Source: Owenia fusiformis
Taxonomy: Eukaryota
Direction of reading: 5' to 3'
Assembly: GCA_903813345.2 (NCBI GenBank)
Contig: CAIIXF020000001.1
Coordinates: 11,656,001 to 11,720,000, forward strand
DNA length: 64,000 bases
The notes under the pieces are model-generated. The model saw only the letters and a program-made list of their open reading frames with translations, did not search any database and was not told the origin of the DNA. This document shows positions 10,901 to 25,900 of the stretch, one piece after another. The position numbers were made by a program, and so were the translations under genes. Position 1 is the first letter of the stretch; each line of letters begins with the position of its first letter.

Positions 10901-13900
10901 TCTAGTTCGCTCTGCAAGACTAAAGTATTGAAAATATATATTTTATGAGTTTTCCATTTGCAAGATGGTACATGTAGATCTATTTTGTCATTAGAATGAA
11001 CAAAAAATCTAGATGATTTCAATTCCATTTGTTAAAATAGAATAATATATACACAAAGATCAAATGTCCTGTTAGGCATATTCAAAGAACTTATCGACAG
11101 AATTAATGGCTCGTTTAAAAACACTTTTTGTGTCTTGCGCAGCCCTTGGATGGACAATTTTGGTGATCATTATTTTCATCATAGACCACGATGTAAGTCA
11201 ATTAGGTAGGAAGATGATGAAATCAATACCAGGAGAGCAAAGTGTATTAAGTAGATTCAACACATTGTTGCAGCCCAATAGAACACATTTATTCATTCAA
11301 GAAGGTGAAAGACAAAATTGCAGTATTGATAACATGATGGATGTTTTTAATAAAGATATCAGTGATCGTTATATGTCTTCTTTTAACAGATCTGAGCTAT
11401 TATCTAATATTGATCCATCTAAAATGAGATTTCCGTACCAGGAAAGGTATCTAAAGACAACTTCGGAAGCATTAAGGAGTAAATTGGTCAAGGACCTTCA
11501 ATGTATCTTGTCAAAGACCCCGACTCAACAGATAACCTTGATCGGGGCTAGCATCGGTTATGAACTGAACCTTCTCAATTGGTTGATTCTTGCATGCCTT
11601 CGGAATAAGCCACCAATGAAAAACATTCTGATATTCACCCCTGAAAATAAAGTACACCTTTGGCTCAAGGAAAAGGGAATTCCAAATATACTAACACCAT
11701 ATGATAATATATTCCTCCCAATTGGCCAATCAGAAGGCTTCTTACATAATATAAAAAAGTTCTGGATATTACGCTTATTTCTATGGAAACTTTTACATCA
11801 CCATGGATATGACATCATTAATTTTGATTCTGATGCTTATCCACTGTTAGATGCGGGGCCTCTCTGGGAAATCTATCCAGATGCAGATGTAATTTCTGCG
11901 GCGGGGAAGTACCCAGCTGATATTACAAGGAAGTGGGGCTTCAGTCTTAATCTTGGCGTGACCTTGCTGCGCTATACTCCACGTACAGGTACTGAGAAAT
12001 AAATGTTGACAAAGAATATGCTAGAAAACTAGTTCTTTTGACAATTAGTCACTAAAATTTTCTCAGTCGAACAGTTCAATTCAGATTAAGATAGTAACAT
12101 ACTGCATATAGTTCATCTTTTTGTGTTGTTTATAGTACATGTTGGAGGTTTTTTACAAATTACGTTTATCTGTAAGTTATTAATGGAATTGAAATTTTCA
12201 GAAAGCATCTACTTGTATTACTCTCTTTTTCAGATTTGTTTTGGGGGGCAGCTATTGAGGAATCAAAGAAAGCAATAATTGATGACCAGATAATTGTCAA
12301 CATGGCCTTGGCAAGACTGGGCGTACAATGGAACTGCATTCGAAAAGACTTTCAATACAGTGAGATACACAAACGCTCTATAGTAGGTCAAGCTATAGTG
12401 GATCCCAACACAAATTTTTCAACTGCTAAATTTTTGGGTGCCTCCAGACCTAAACCCCTGTTGGAACTTGTTGATACAAATTCAAATTCAGTACCTAATG
12501 GCAAACTAATCTTTTCAGTAGTTGCTGTACAAACAAACATATTTTGTCGACACCAGTGTGATAATGGCAATTTTGAAGGTGTCTATGTTTTACATAAGAT
12601 CCCACATTTAGATGCAGTGATCAATGTTTTAAATCTTAAATGGAACTCTATGCAAACGGACACCAAAGGCTTAGAATGGTTGCGATATGTAAGTGTTATT
12701 GATTTCTGACTGTGTTTAGTGAGGCGTTCCAAACTATCATAAAATGACAGATGTTATGCCAGTGTTACTAGCTTGTTTAACATTGATTGTGTATTTCATG
12801 TTTATATTCAATTTATTTTATACAACAATCAATTTTCAAATTATATACCACTAATCTATAATCTGATCTTTATATGTGAATTTATGATTCAGAATTGTTA
12901 AAACATAATCAAATGCAATATTTAATCATTGTGTCAGTTGCTGAATTTTGAACAATTAGTAATCAACATAACGTTTACAGATTTTTTTAATTTTACATTT
13001 ATCGATTGTTTTTCAGAATTGAATTGTATCTTTGTCAGGTTTATAATCCGAACGCTGCCACCAAATCCAGTTGTGACTCAATCATATTCACACACAATTA
13101 CAAGATATAGATGTACGGGATTTTCCAATATGCCAGTGTCATAATCAATTCCATGATATTCAACTTATAGCATCAGAATCAATGAGCAATTTCATAATCG
13201 ATTATCCAAAATTAAATGAAAAATAAATTTTACATCTACAAAATGTTGATGCAATTCTAAAATTTTCAAAATTTTATCAACATAAAATCTGGTGAGTAAG
13301 AAAATATTCATGCCACCTTATGAGATGTCGCATTTATTTCCCCGCATTAGTAACTAATCCACTCTATGAGATATTGTATTTATTCTCCCACTCTAGCAAT
13401 TTAATGGAGATATCATATTCATTTCCCCGCTTTAGCAACTTAATCCACTCTATAAGATATTGTATTTATTCCCCAACTCAATATGTGCTGATCGAATACT
13501 AAAGTAATTTACCTTTTTGATTTAAATATATGAATTATTCATCCACTTGACAAGGTGCAAACAGATTTTCTAGTAAAGACACATGTTATGTTAAAATTTC
13601 AACAGGGTATTCATCACAATTTGCTAAAAAGCTAGGGAAATCCATCTTGATCCATCAAGGACTACACTGCTTTAACAGTATGAGAGAGATCACTCAACTC
13701 AATTTCTTGACAGTCAAGAGTATTGAATACGCTTTCAGAATTGCATTATTTTAACCGATTGTTGATCACTCACTATTGTTCATGTCTCGGAAATGACATG
13801 AAGGGTCAAGGTGTCTCGAATTAATTGTCTGCGCATGTTTTATTCCATCACAAGTACAATGAATCTGCCAAATAGATATCAATAATTGATTATTTCAAAA

Positions 13901-16900
13901 TTGCCATCACCAATACTCTTCTATCAGTTATTGATTTTGGTGGATGGAGATAAGCTATAAAGATTTTCTACTTTCAAATTCACCTAACAAGCAAATGAAC
14001 TTATATGTGCTGAAGTGAATAAGTAAGAGATAGACAATGGCAATACCAGGGTGTACCAGGGTAAGAGCACTCCGCAGAACAGCTTTTTGTATACTGTACT
14101 TGTATTATAACTGAATGTCTTATATAATGCGATAGTGATGAAAGAGTGCTGATCCTATTTCAAAGTCACCAAACCAAAATCTGTGAACAAAGTATTAGTA
14201 TGCATAGCACTCTAGTATTCTTTGTGTAATGAATTAAATGAAAATATAGATATTTCAACACAAATGTAACAGTACATGTATAGCATGTTAAAAATAGTAA
14301 TGTTCAACTGTAATAAAAGGATCTTTTGATGCATATACAAATAAACAACAATGATATACATATGTATATAGCAAATCCTGTCTAAGTGGAACATCTTTGG
14401 TATCTCTAAACGTGTTCCACTTGGGAGCTGTTCCGTTTATAGAGGTTCATTTAACATTAAGTCAGGTGGTCTTTGGACTCAGAAAAGTGTTCCACTTGGG
14501 AGGTGTTCTACTTCTAGAGGTGTTCTACTTAACAGGTTTCACTGTACAGTAAAACCTGTCTAATCCGAACACCCATGGGACCAGCCAAAAGCGTTCAAAT
14601 TGGCAGGTGTTCAAATTTCGAAGATATTGTTGGTCGGGGGGGGGGGGGATTTTCATTGTTCAGTCCACTAATATTGAACACTTAATACTTAGTCAGAAAA
14701 CAATACATGTTGTTGATGAGTTTATTCTACAATAGGCCTATAGCCTACTTGTATATGCTATGTTTTATTTACATTTTGAACAATTTCATTATTTTTGGAA
14801 AAATAACTCTTTAATTTTGGCAAAAGCTTTGTAATACACTGAATAAGTATATGATAGTTTGTACAAAGTATATGATAGTTTGTATGCTTATTAAATGACT
14901 TATCTCATATTATGGTTACATAGCACTGCTTTACTTTAGCTGTAGGTCGTTCATTGTTGTTTGTTTCTTGGCACTTTTAGCATTAGCACTATTTGAGTAG
15001 ATACCCTCTTCAATTAAAAAGAATTTTTCATGAGTGCTCATTCGAGATGATGCATAATCTTTCAAAATATTAAGGCCATTCAGTATGTCAGATGTGCCTT
15101 TTTAGGAAGCATTTTAGCGATAGGATATTACGAAGTTGAATTTTTTCTCTTTCTCATGATATAATCTTGTCTGCAAATGTGTCTGTGTTGCCTTTGTGAT
15201 TATAAAACATTTACTGATTGAATCCTAGCTATCATAACAGACCCATGGGATATAAAACAGTTAAGACTTGTTCATAATCCAAATCAAAAACATCCAGTTA
15301 ATTTAAAATAAGGATAAACCAATTATCTCCCAGATTCTCACCTTTCTCTTAATCCAAATCAAAAACATCCAGGTAATTTCTAATAATGATAAAACAATTA
15401 TAATCTTGTCTGCAAATGTGTCTGTGTTGTCTCTGTGATTATAAAACATTTACTGATTGAATCCTAGCTATCATAACAGACTCATGGGATATAAAACAGT
15501 TAAGACTTGTTCATAATCCAAATAAAAAACATCCAGTTAATTTAAAATAAGGATAAACCAATTATCTTCTTGATTCACACCTTTCTCTTAATCCAAACAT
15601 AAAACATTCAGTTCTTTTCTAATAGGATAAACCAATTAACTCCCGTATTCACACCTTTCCTGTTGTTTTCCACAATTAGGGATGTCATTGAGACTTAAAT
15701 AAGTTAATAATTAGGACAATATTGGTTCTTTGATTACATTGCATATGTAAAGATAATAAGAACTATAACATTGACTCAACATGTGGCTATTATTGAAATG
15801 TCCAGACATTTGATTTCTGATAAAATGTTCAGATTAGACAGGTCAGTTTTTCAAATCTGATTGTTCACTGTTCAGATTAGGAGGTGTTCAGATTTCAAGG
15901 TTTTTTTAACATGGGAGTCAATGGGAGGAAAAAATGGGACCGAAAAAAAGTGTTCAAATTGGAAGGTGTTCGGATTAGCCAGGTGTTCAGATATACAGGT
16001 TTTACTGTACATGTATCCCATTTTACTCACCTACACATATTGGATCAGTTAAGCTAGCAGTGTTGTTGATCAAAGACTCATAGTCGTGGACAAAATGGAC
16101 CAACTGTGGGGCAGAAGCAATACCTTCAAGTTCATGACGTCTCTCAGATAGTCCTATACCCACTCCTAGTACAGTGATACCATCCTCCTTTACCAACCTG
16201 ATAATGACAAATGATTCATGAATTTAAGGATAAACATCAATGCAAAAATGTACAGAAATGAACATGATTACATTTGGAAGGTAAAAAGCCAATAACACCC
16301 AAATACTGACCCGAATTATGAGTGTCAGGAATAATTGAAAAATATATTCTTGACAGATTATCTGTTGATTTTCACTATGAACATATGTATATGTTTGTAA
16401 TATTGTAGTGAATTCAAAAATTGAGACATACCCTTTGTCTAAAAGCATTTCTAAATCTGTATTTTTTAACATAGATGCAGGGCCAATAAAAAGATGGCAG
16501 TTTGACTGATTTGTCTATTTCTGCCCTACACTATGTAACATCACTTTCAAGTCAGTACATTTGGTTTTGAACTCCGTGTGCAAGGTGATGTATCATTAAA
16601 GACTTTGTACTCTAATAAAGATGGCAGTATAATCAAATGAACTCTTAAACAAGTACACATAACTTACCTAGCTTCAGGAACAGTCATTTCATGATTCACA
16701 TTCGATTCGCTATCAGTGATGATAATAGCCACATTTACTACATTAGGCCTGTCCCCTGCAGCTTCTGTAAACATCTGGGTTCTCATCAATCGAAGTGCAT
16801 CAGAGGTGTGAGTCAGTCCATACCTGTATTCCACCTGCTTTAGACCCTTCACTACATCCTCGGTTGTTTTGTGCTCATTTAGACGGAACACTGATACGGC

Positions 16901-19900
16901 CGCATCACTGCCAGAAAGAGATAAGATAGAAAGATGTCAAGGGGGTACTTGTATATATGTACAGGATATAGATAAACGTACCAATAAATATAGTTAGAAC
17001 AATTCTATTTTCAATATTTTATTTCCTAAATGATTACAAATGGGCAGTCAAAATCAAAATTGCCAATCTTTTGCCAATATATTTTTCTATTATTATACAG
17101 GGTGTCCCAGAACACATGCCTTATATCTTCCTCAAAAAATTCTCATGAGTTCTTGGACACCCTGTATGTATTTGTATTTGAAGTATTTATATCTTTATTC
17201 TAAAATTTGAGATAAATGATTTTCATTTTTATTTATTCAACATTCAATTTTCAAACTGTTTTTTCTATACCTGTAAGTAATTAACCCAATTCTAACTGCA
17301 CCGCCATCAATGTCAAACCTTTCAACCACATCTCGCACAAAATCCAACATTTTCTCAAAGCTGTCCTCTCCAATACTTCCAGAAGAGTCAAGTATGAACA
17401 CAACATCGGCCTCTGCTAAACATGGTCCTATAAAATAATAATCAAAGCATGTTCAATAACAAGGCATATACATAACATGTAAAATGTCACCACCTGCCAT
17501 TTGTTATCGAAAAAAGTTGGAGACTACTAGTATAACAACATGTTACCACTTCTGGTGGTGACATAAAAACCAACTATGCCTCAATAAAATTACAATTTGG
17601 CAAATCAGATATTGATATTTCTATTTCCAAAGCTGATATAATTTGATGGTTTAATTAATAAATAGAAACATAATATGAGCCTTGGCTAGAGAATGTAGCA
17701 GAATGTGTAATATCAACAATATTTATTCAATAAAACAACAGATGCCCTGTTTCATACCTGGTTACCCTAGTCCTATTTGACATAAACCTGCCCTCTTTCA
17801 CTAAAAATATGACTAAATTCAACGGCAATAAAGATATCATCTTCAAGAACACATTGATATACATATATGTACTCAAGCATGATGGAAAAATTATTTGGTA
17901 AGTTATTGTTTTTATTACATAATTTACATCATATCATTGGTATGGAGGGACAGAAAAAGCTCTGAGAGTATGGTATAATTGAAGACATTGAAACATTGTG
18001 CCCATGCATGGAATGAAAATGTTCAGTTACCTCTAGCCTTTGGCTTGTCTCTAACTGTAATGGTGACAGTATCAGAGCTCTCAAGGCCCTCAATGTCAAA
18101 GACTGTCAGTTTATATGTGTATTCCCCTCCCACATCCATTCCACATGCCCTTGTGAGAGCCTCATTCTCATCTTGTATGCCACCTTCACTTGGACCACTG
18201 CAAATATAAAAGGGAATCATGTGGAATCAGTAGGTTGCACATTTACATGCAATTTGTTATAATAATCATCAAGGTATTTACAGAACAAAATGTCACCACC
18301 TTGTAAGTTGTTATTGCAAATTTTTACAGATTCTAAACACAAATTATTACAGATGCTGATTACCACAGGCCACCAAACACTGTCCACAAAAAGTTGGAGA
18401 CATTAAAAAAGTATCATATACTGTCAGTGATATATACCAAACGAGTAAAGTTTAATTCTGTTTTGTTAACAAGTGAAATATTCCCCCCTCCCCTCTAAGA
18501 TGCAACGAAGAAATATATCTCACAAACTGACATTACTGGGCATTATTTTTTGAAATTTTGAGCTTATTCTAGGTAAGTGGACCTCAAATTTCAAAGTTTA
18601 GAGAAAAGACTTCTCGACAGTATTTTGTTTTCTTGAGAGAAAATATACTTGTAACAATTTTGTAGTCGATGAAAGTAAATTCCAGAAAAAATCTTGAGTA
18701 CACTTTCCAGACTTCATGACATATTTTACGAAACAGATGTTTGAAACAAGAGTACAACATCCATCAGCAAGTCAATCTAAATAAAAAAGTACACTTTTGA
18801 ATTTTATCATGAAAAATGATCAGGTCTCAAGAATATGAGACAATGCATACTGAGCCAACATATCCTAAATCTAATATTATTTCATTATTTTTTATTTCAG
18901 GACAGCCAACTTGAAATCTAAAAATACAATCTAAAAATAGCCATGCTTGGTTGTAATTTCAAGAATGCAGATTAATTGAAATTATGTGTTTTGATTGGTT
19001 GGAATTTTATATAGCAGGCCTAGCAATGTGTGGAATCTTTATCAATCTGACTGATTGTTGTAAAATTGCACATACATCCTTAATTAGCGAATTGTATAGT
19101 GATAATAAGTATGCCTACTACTACCACAAATGAAAAATGGTCGTTTGTCATCAAGGAATACCAGGGAAATCTCCACAAGGAAAGGCAATGAGAAGCAAAA
19201 GCACAGAATGTACAGTATATCACATCAAGTCATTTCGCCCCTTGGATGTTTCACCCACTCCGAGACTGTTCACTCTTTAGACATTTCATCCCCTGGATGT
19301 TTCACCCCTTAGATGTTTCACACATTTCCAAGACACTTCACCCCAATATACCTGTATATACAAATATACATGTATGTACATATAAAATGCCATGGTTTGG
19401 GTTATTAGTGAATTCTGACTGAATTTGCATGAAAGACTTTAATTTCTTCAAGTATGAAAACAAATATAACAGGTACATATGAATTAAAAAAGGTTTCCAC
19501 TTTAATTAGAATCCCTAAGAAATCCCTTCCTTGCATGTATAAAAAATAGAATTGTGAAAAGGAGCAACAGTAGACATCAGGATAACTGATTGTTAATTAT
19601 TTGTTGTATTAAGAAAACTAATTATTTTTATCCAAGGGGTGAAATGTCTAGAAAGCATAGCAGAATGGTTGTTCAGTTTCATAAAAGCTTACCGCCGCCA
19701 ATTTGTAATGATTGGCCCGAGTTGCAGTCCCATTTTGGGCAAACTTAACGTGTCTCTGGGCTGCGTCCCATTGATCGATGGTGAGGTTGGAGGGATCAAT
19801 TGAACACGCCAGAATATGTAAAGAATAAAATAATGATTAACCATCACAAGACCAATGCCCATGGCCAACCTTGGTAAGGTCGGGGATCAATTTTTTCCAA

Positions 19901-22900
19901 ATGTTTCCAAAAAACTGCCAAAAAATTCCCAAATTTTTCTAAATTATTAAGAACATTTGCAAATTTGGTTGACAAAATTTAGACAAAAATATAAGAACTT
20001 GTAAGGATAATTTTAACAGAGTCCTTAAAATCTCCCCTTACTATAGACCCCAACTATATCCTAAAAATCACACTTACTACAGACCCCAACAATTTGTCTC
20101 ATTCTAAGCCTAAAAGTGCCCTTTTTGAGCCTTATTTAATCAAGAAAGGACCAATTAGATATTTTAGAAAAATAATTTTTTGACTCCCTGAGTTTCTCAA
20201 TTTTCAGGTTTACTCCATGGAAGAGTGATAATTATTGCTAAATGTTATTGCTAAATACTTCTCTAGCAAAAAAAGACCATTTTGAGATTCTAAATTCACT
20301 GGGAAATGTATCCTAATAAGCTCTAATAGCTAAATACATGTAAAGTAAAACCTGTCTAATTCAAATGCCCTGAGACCTGCCAAAGGTGTTCGAATTGGGA
20401 TTGAGGGGTTAGAGTTTCAAATTTTTTCTAATGTGGAAGTTTTCAGATTTTAAATATTGAACCAGATATTTGGGAGGAAGGCCACACCCCCCCCCCCCTC
20501 ATTTGGATGCAGGGCTGAGCTTGTGGATATTCATATAAGCAATACAGTGAGAAACTCCAGTTAGGGTTGGACTATCATTATGAAGCAAGTTTAAAAGGAT
20601 TTTATTACATGCAGCAATCATTTATTTCTCTGAAACCATAGCTGCTTTTTTCAAATCACATCCTAGTACTACAAGTAATTTAACTCCAGGACACATTCAC
20701 TGAAATTGATACATTATGTATGGTTTTATCAATTTAAAAATATGTTAATGAGATTAGCAGCCTGATTTTATCTGTGGCCGGCACATGTATGAATAATTGT
20801 TACTTTATGTCAGATAATTTTGCTTTATGTCAAATAATTGTGACTGCATGTCTGGCAAAATCGTTCTGATTAGCTAGCCAGAAAAAGAGTCAAGAACCCC
20901 AAGCATTCCATGTTTAGACATGTACATGAGGCTGCCGACTTGAACTGTGCACATTAAACTCCAACCTCAGTAATTGTTTGAAGGTGGTGTCTACATATCC
21001 TTTACATATGGTTCTCATATAATGCATTGACAAAGGAATTAGCTTCAGTGTGTGAATGACATTTTTAAATTGCATGTAGTACAAGAAAGTCTATGGAACT
21101 AGAATGAGGTGCCTATACTATAAGTTTTAGTTTAGACTTGTCAGCTGATCTACCAAGTCTACCAGGCCATGTCATCTATTATTAATATGTATGCGCAAGT
21201 GCCAAAGGAAAAGAACCAAGAATGGTTATACAGAACGCAGCAAGAAAAAGAAAACATCTTAGAGTACACCAGTCATAAGGAAAACAAACCCCAACTATGA
21301 AATAGAATACCATTGAATTCTACTGTCCCATAAAGTCACCTAGAATAACAGTATCATAGTATAGACAAGCTCCAGTGCCTCATGATAAAACATTCAATTG
21401 GTGACAGGATATGTGAAAAGAATACCTAATTTTGACACAAAAAATGAAAGAATAGGCACAAAACATGAAAGAATAGCCCAATGTTGACACAAAACATTAA
21501 AGAATAGCCCCATGATGACAAAAACTTGAAAGAATAGCTCCATGTTGACACAAAACATGAAAGAATAGCCCCATGATGACAAAAACTTGAAAGAATAGCT
21601 CCATGTTGACACAAAACATGAAAGAATAGCCCCATGATGACAAAAACTTGAAAGAATAGCTCCATGTTGACACAAAACATGAAAGAATAGCCCCATGTTG
21701 ACAAAAACATGAAAGAATAGCCCCATGTTGGCAAAAACTTGAAAGAATAGCCCAATGTTGACACAAAACATTAAAGAATAGCCCCATGTTGACAAAAACA
21801 TGAAAGAATAGCCCCATGTTGACAAAAACTTGAAAGAATAGCCCAATGTTGACACAAAACATGAAAGAATAGCCCCATGATGACAAAAACTTGAAAGAAT
21901 AGCTCCATGTTGACACAAAACATGAAAGAATAGCCCAATGTTGACACAAAACTTGAAAGAATAGCCCCATGTTGACAAAAACTTGAAAGAATAGCCCAAT
22001 GTTGACACAAAACATTAAAGAATAGCCCCATGTTGACAAAAACATGAAAGAATAGCCCCATGTTGACAAAAACTTGAAAGAATAGCCCAATGTTAACACA
22101 AAACATGAAAGAATAGCCCCATGTTGACAAAAACTTGAAAGAATAGCCCAATGTTGACAAAAAAAACATGAAAGAATAGCCCCATGTTGACAAAAACTTG
22201 AAAGAATAGCCCAATGTTGACAAAAAACATGAAAGAATAGCCCCATGTTGACAAAAACTTGAAAGAATAGCCCAATGTTGACAAAAACTTGAAAGAATAG
22301 CCAAATTTTGACACAAAACATGAAAGAATAACCCCATGTTGACACAAAACATGAAAGAATAGCCCCATGTTGACAAAAACAATAGCCCAATATTGACACA
22401 AAACATGAAAGAATTGCCCAATCTGGTGACAAAAGAACATGAACATAAAAAGATTGCCTGTCTACTTTGATGTTTACAATCAGTTTCCAGCACCTTCAAA
22501 CTTAAAAACAAACATCTTCTAATCATCCAGCAACAAAACCGCAATTAAATGACTCACAAACTGACTTCAAATCTCTGTTTTGTGTTATTAACCAGCCCTT
22601 CAATCTTACTAGGATCTCAATAATGTTGATTATGTTGAAAATGTCATGTTAAACACTCGCAGGCAGGTTGCATAACACTTCACATATCACTACTTTATCT
22701 TTTAATGAGTGGATTCGGGAGCAAAGGGGATTCAATATAAGGAATTATCATAGCAATAATTTGTTAATTTACTTTAATGATGACAGGTGAAATGGGTGGA
22801 AATATATCAAATGAACATTCTGGTAATTCAACAGATCACACTGTGCTGTTAACCACAAATAAAATACTTTCCGTTCTTAATTATACTCCAGATGAAATCT

Positions 22901-25900
22901 TCTTTTCGTTTTTCAATTCTATTACAACTTTCCTGAACTACTATAAGAACTTCAGAAATTATATGGTTAATCAAGGTTCAAGTCCTAGATAGGGAGAAAT
23001 TAGGTCAACTTTTTATCTAGGTCAAAGGTCAAGAAATAGATAAATCTTAATTTTCTCAGTTTTCTCCATCAGCCTTCGATATTTTTTCTTCTGAATTTGT
23101 GGCATGCTGATATGTTTGCATTATTGTAATAATGCTTGTTTTTATGTTGTTTTGTTGTTTGTCAGGATGCAGTTCAGTGTTGTATGTCAATAATATACCA
23201 ATAATTAAAATGTGTGGTTTTGTACACCCATTATGAAAGCCATGTTATGAAGGGGAGAGGTCAAGGTCACATAAAGTTAAATATGGAGTGTCTTACCTGG
23301 AGATTGAAGATGTTCCATTTAAGTTAAGGATTTATCAAATAAAACATAAAAAACACAAACCAAAATGAAAAATAAAATATTGTTACATTGTTAGGGTTTA
23401 TTCATACATATTGTAAATCACTAATGGCAACAAAGGTCATGGTCATATGCAATGTCATGTGCTAGGTCAAACACTTAAAACTTTTGTCACTGACAAATCG
23501 CAAGTTCTCCCAAATAAAATATATGGCTATTCAGTTTTACAGAAAAGGTTGCCATTTTTACATATTTTCTAGATGCCAATTTAATCCTTTAGGATGAAGT
23601 AATTGTTTAGATAACATTGGGGGAGGGAGGTTTATGCTTCGCTTATTAGTATACCTTGTACCTTGACTAACATAGAACCTTGCTAATAAAATACCCAATT
23701 GAAGTCAAACAGAGTAACGTTTTGCATCACTCATAATAATTGCAATATTCTAATATATAAGACAGACTTGTTTTTGTTTATTTTTCAGGGGGAGGTCAGA
23801 CTGGCACTTCACTAATCAGTTTAGGTTGGTGACTTTGAACTCCTACATTGCACCCTGCTATTTTTACATTGTAATTGGGCCATCCCAGGGTAGAGGGGGT
23901 CAACAGGGTGCCTCATAAAATTGAAATTATTCCAATACATCAAAAATAATAACAAGGCAAAATGCCAATGCAAAGTGTCACTACCTGTTATTTGTTACAT
24001 ATGCCAACCACCAAACACCAACCACCAAACACCAACTACTGCCACAAAACAGTTGGAGACTATAACTTGTGATGGTGACATAACAAAGTTCATATCCAAC
24101 TTTTTTATAAAGATTTGCTATTACAACTAAGAAGCATATAATAAAATATTAAAAGTTAAAATTGTACTTAAACTAAACCTCTATATGTCCAAAATAAAGT
24201 ACAATTTCATTTTAGATTATATCATTAAACCTTAAACCAATGATTGCACTTGCACATGTAAAGTAAAACCTGTAAAGTGAAACACCTCTAGAAGCAGAAC
24301 ACCTCTGTTAATGGAACACTTTTCAGATTCCTAAGACCAATAGACTTAATGCTAAATGAACCTCTATAAGTGGAACACCTCCTAAGCGGAACACTTTTTA
24401 GAGTTACCAAATATGTTCCAATTAGACAGGTTCTACTGTTATAGGAGGATTCGCCAGTTACACATACAACATTGGTGGTAAAGTACAAACTCATTAAGAT
24501 GAATGTCTGTTGCTCTTGTTTTTTAGACATGGATACTATATACAAACATGTACCCTTAGTATGTGAGAAAACTTAACAAAGTTGAGATGACTCCGAGTAC
24601 AAAGAAATGTGATCTGACACATGTTCTATGTAATTTCCCCATTCATTATCATTATAAATACGATATATTATTATTTACTGGGAAAATACTGAATTATATC
24701 AAGATATCAATGGCGATCTGGAAGCTATTGAATATGAAAAGGGAATATATCAATCTTAAGCATGTGGTCTGACAGATTTTGAACAAATGATGAACCATTT
24801 AAAAGACTCTCACAAGATGAAGTGTCATACAATACTCCTACTGAAACTGGGCCCACTTAAATTTCGTTTTTTTTCAAATAATAGGCAAAATTAAGATTCT
24901 ACCAATTTTCAATGCTTTCTGAACAAAAATCATGTAAATTTTCCATGTGCAATTCAACTCATTAAAATAATCCAAAACAGACACTGTCCCTATTTCACTC
25001 CTGCTTTTTGCCCAGTGTTATAGTGTTGACCCAAAAGATCAGTAAAAGCAGTACAGTATGGTCAATTGTAAGATCACATACGACTGAGACCAAATTGAAT
25101 CTCAGCCAATATTTTGAAAATCAGAAAAAATGTCAAATTAAATAGCACCAAAATAATTAACAGTACAGTATGCCCTATGCCTCTCTTAAGACTACTCTTT
25201 ATTGTGTACTCGAACAAAAAGTATGCATACCATGTCTGTCTGTCTATGTTCATTCTAAAGAATTCTCTAAAAAAATTATGGACATGATTTTCTATATATA
25301 AATTAATATAAATTGTATTTGGACACTAAATTGCACACCTATATAATCTTAACAACTCCAGAAATTCTTTATGCAACAATGCCTGACTCCAGGTGCTTCT
25401 AAGATCGTAATTCAAGGTCAGTATGACCAAGAGGTATATGTGTAAGTCATTATAGTGGCCTGATTTCCAGGAGAACCAGGATGTGGACTGATGTGAAATG
25501 GTGTGACGGAAGCCTGGTGTGTGGTACATAGGTGACTTGACGTCATTACCTTACTTACACCCACCTTCTCATGTTATCTTAATTTACATCTGATTAGAAA
25601 CATTGGAGCATACTGGGAAGCATTTGTTTATATTTTAAAAGTCCTTAGGTTGTTTGGAGCTAATTTGCTTCTATGTTATATGCAGTGAGAATTTTGAAAC
25701 ATTATTTATCAAATCTTGCAAAATATTTCTGAGTTTGAGGACAAGTGCACTCATCGGAATCTTACGTAATTAAACAAAACACATGGTGATAAATATCGCA
25801 CTCTGAAGAGTAAAATTGCCACTATGTAATTTACCCAGCATGCCCAAACCTAACCATATCCTGGTACTAGTCTACTCTTGTTTTCCAGGAATTCTGATGA

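Noticed and set aside
21394-22544. Long minus-strand ORFs (up to 311 aa) rich in F/C/S
   Set aside because: Translations of a stop-poor 30-31 bp minisatellite, open in all three frames; no gene signals.
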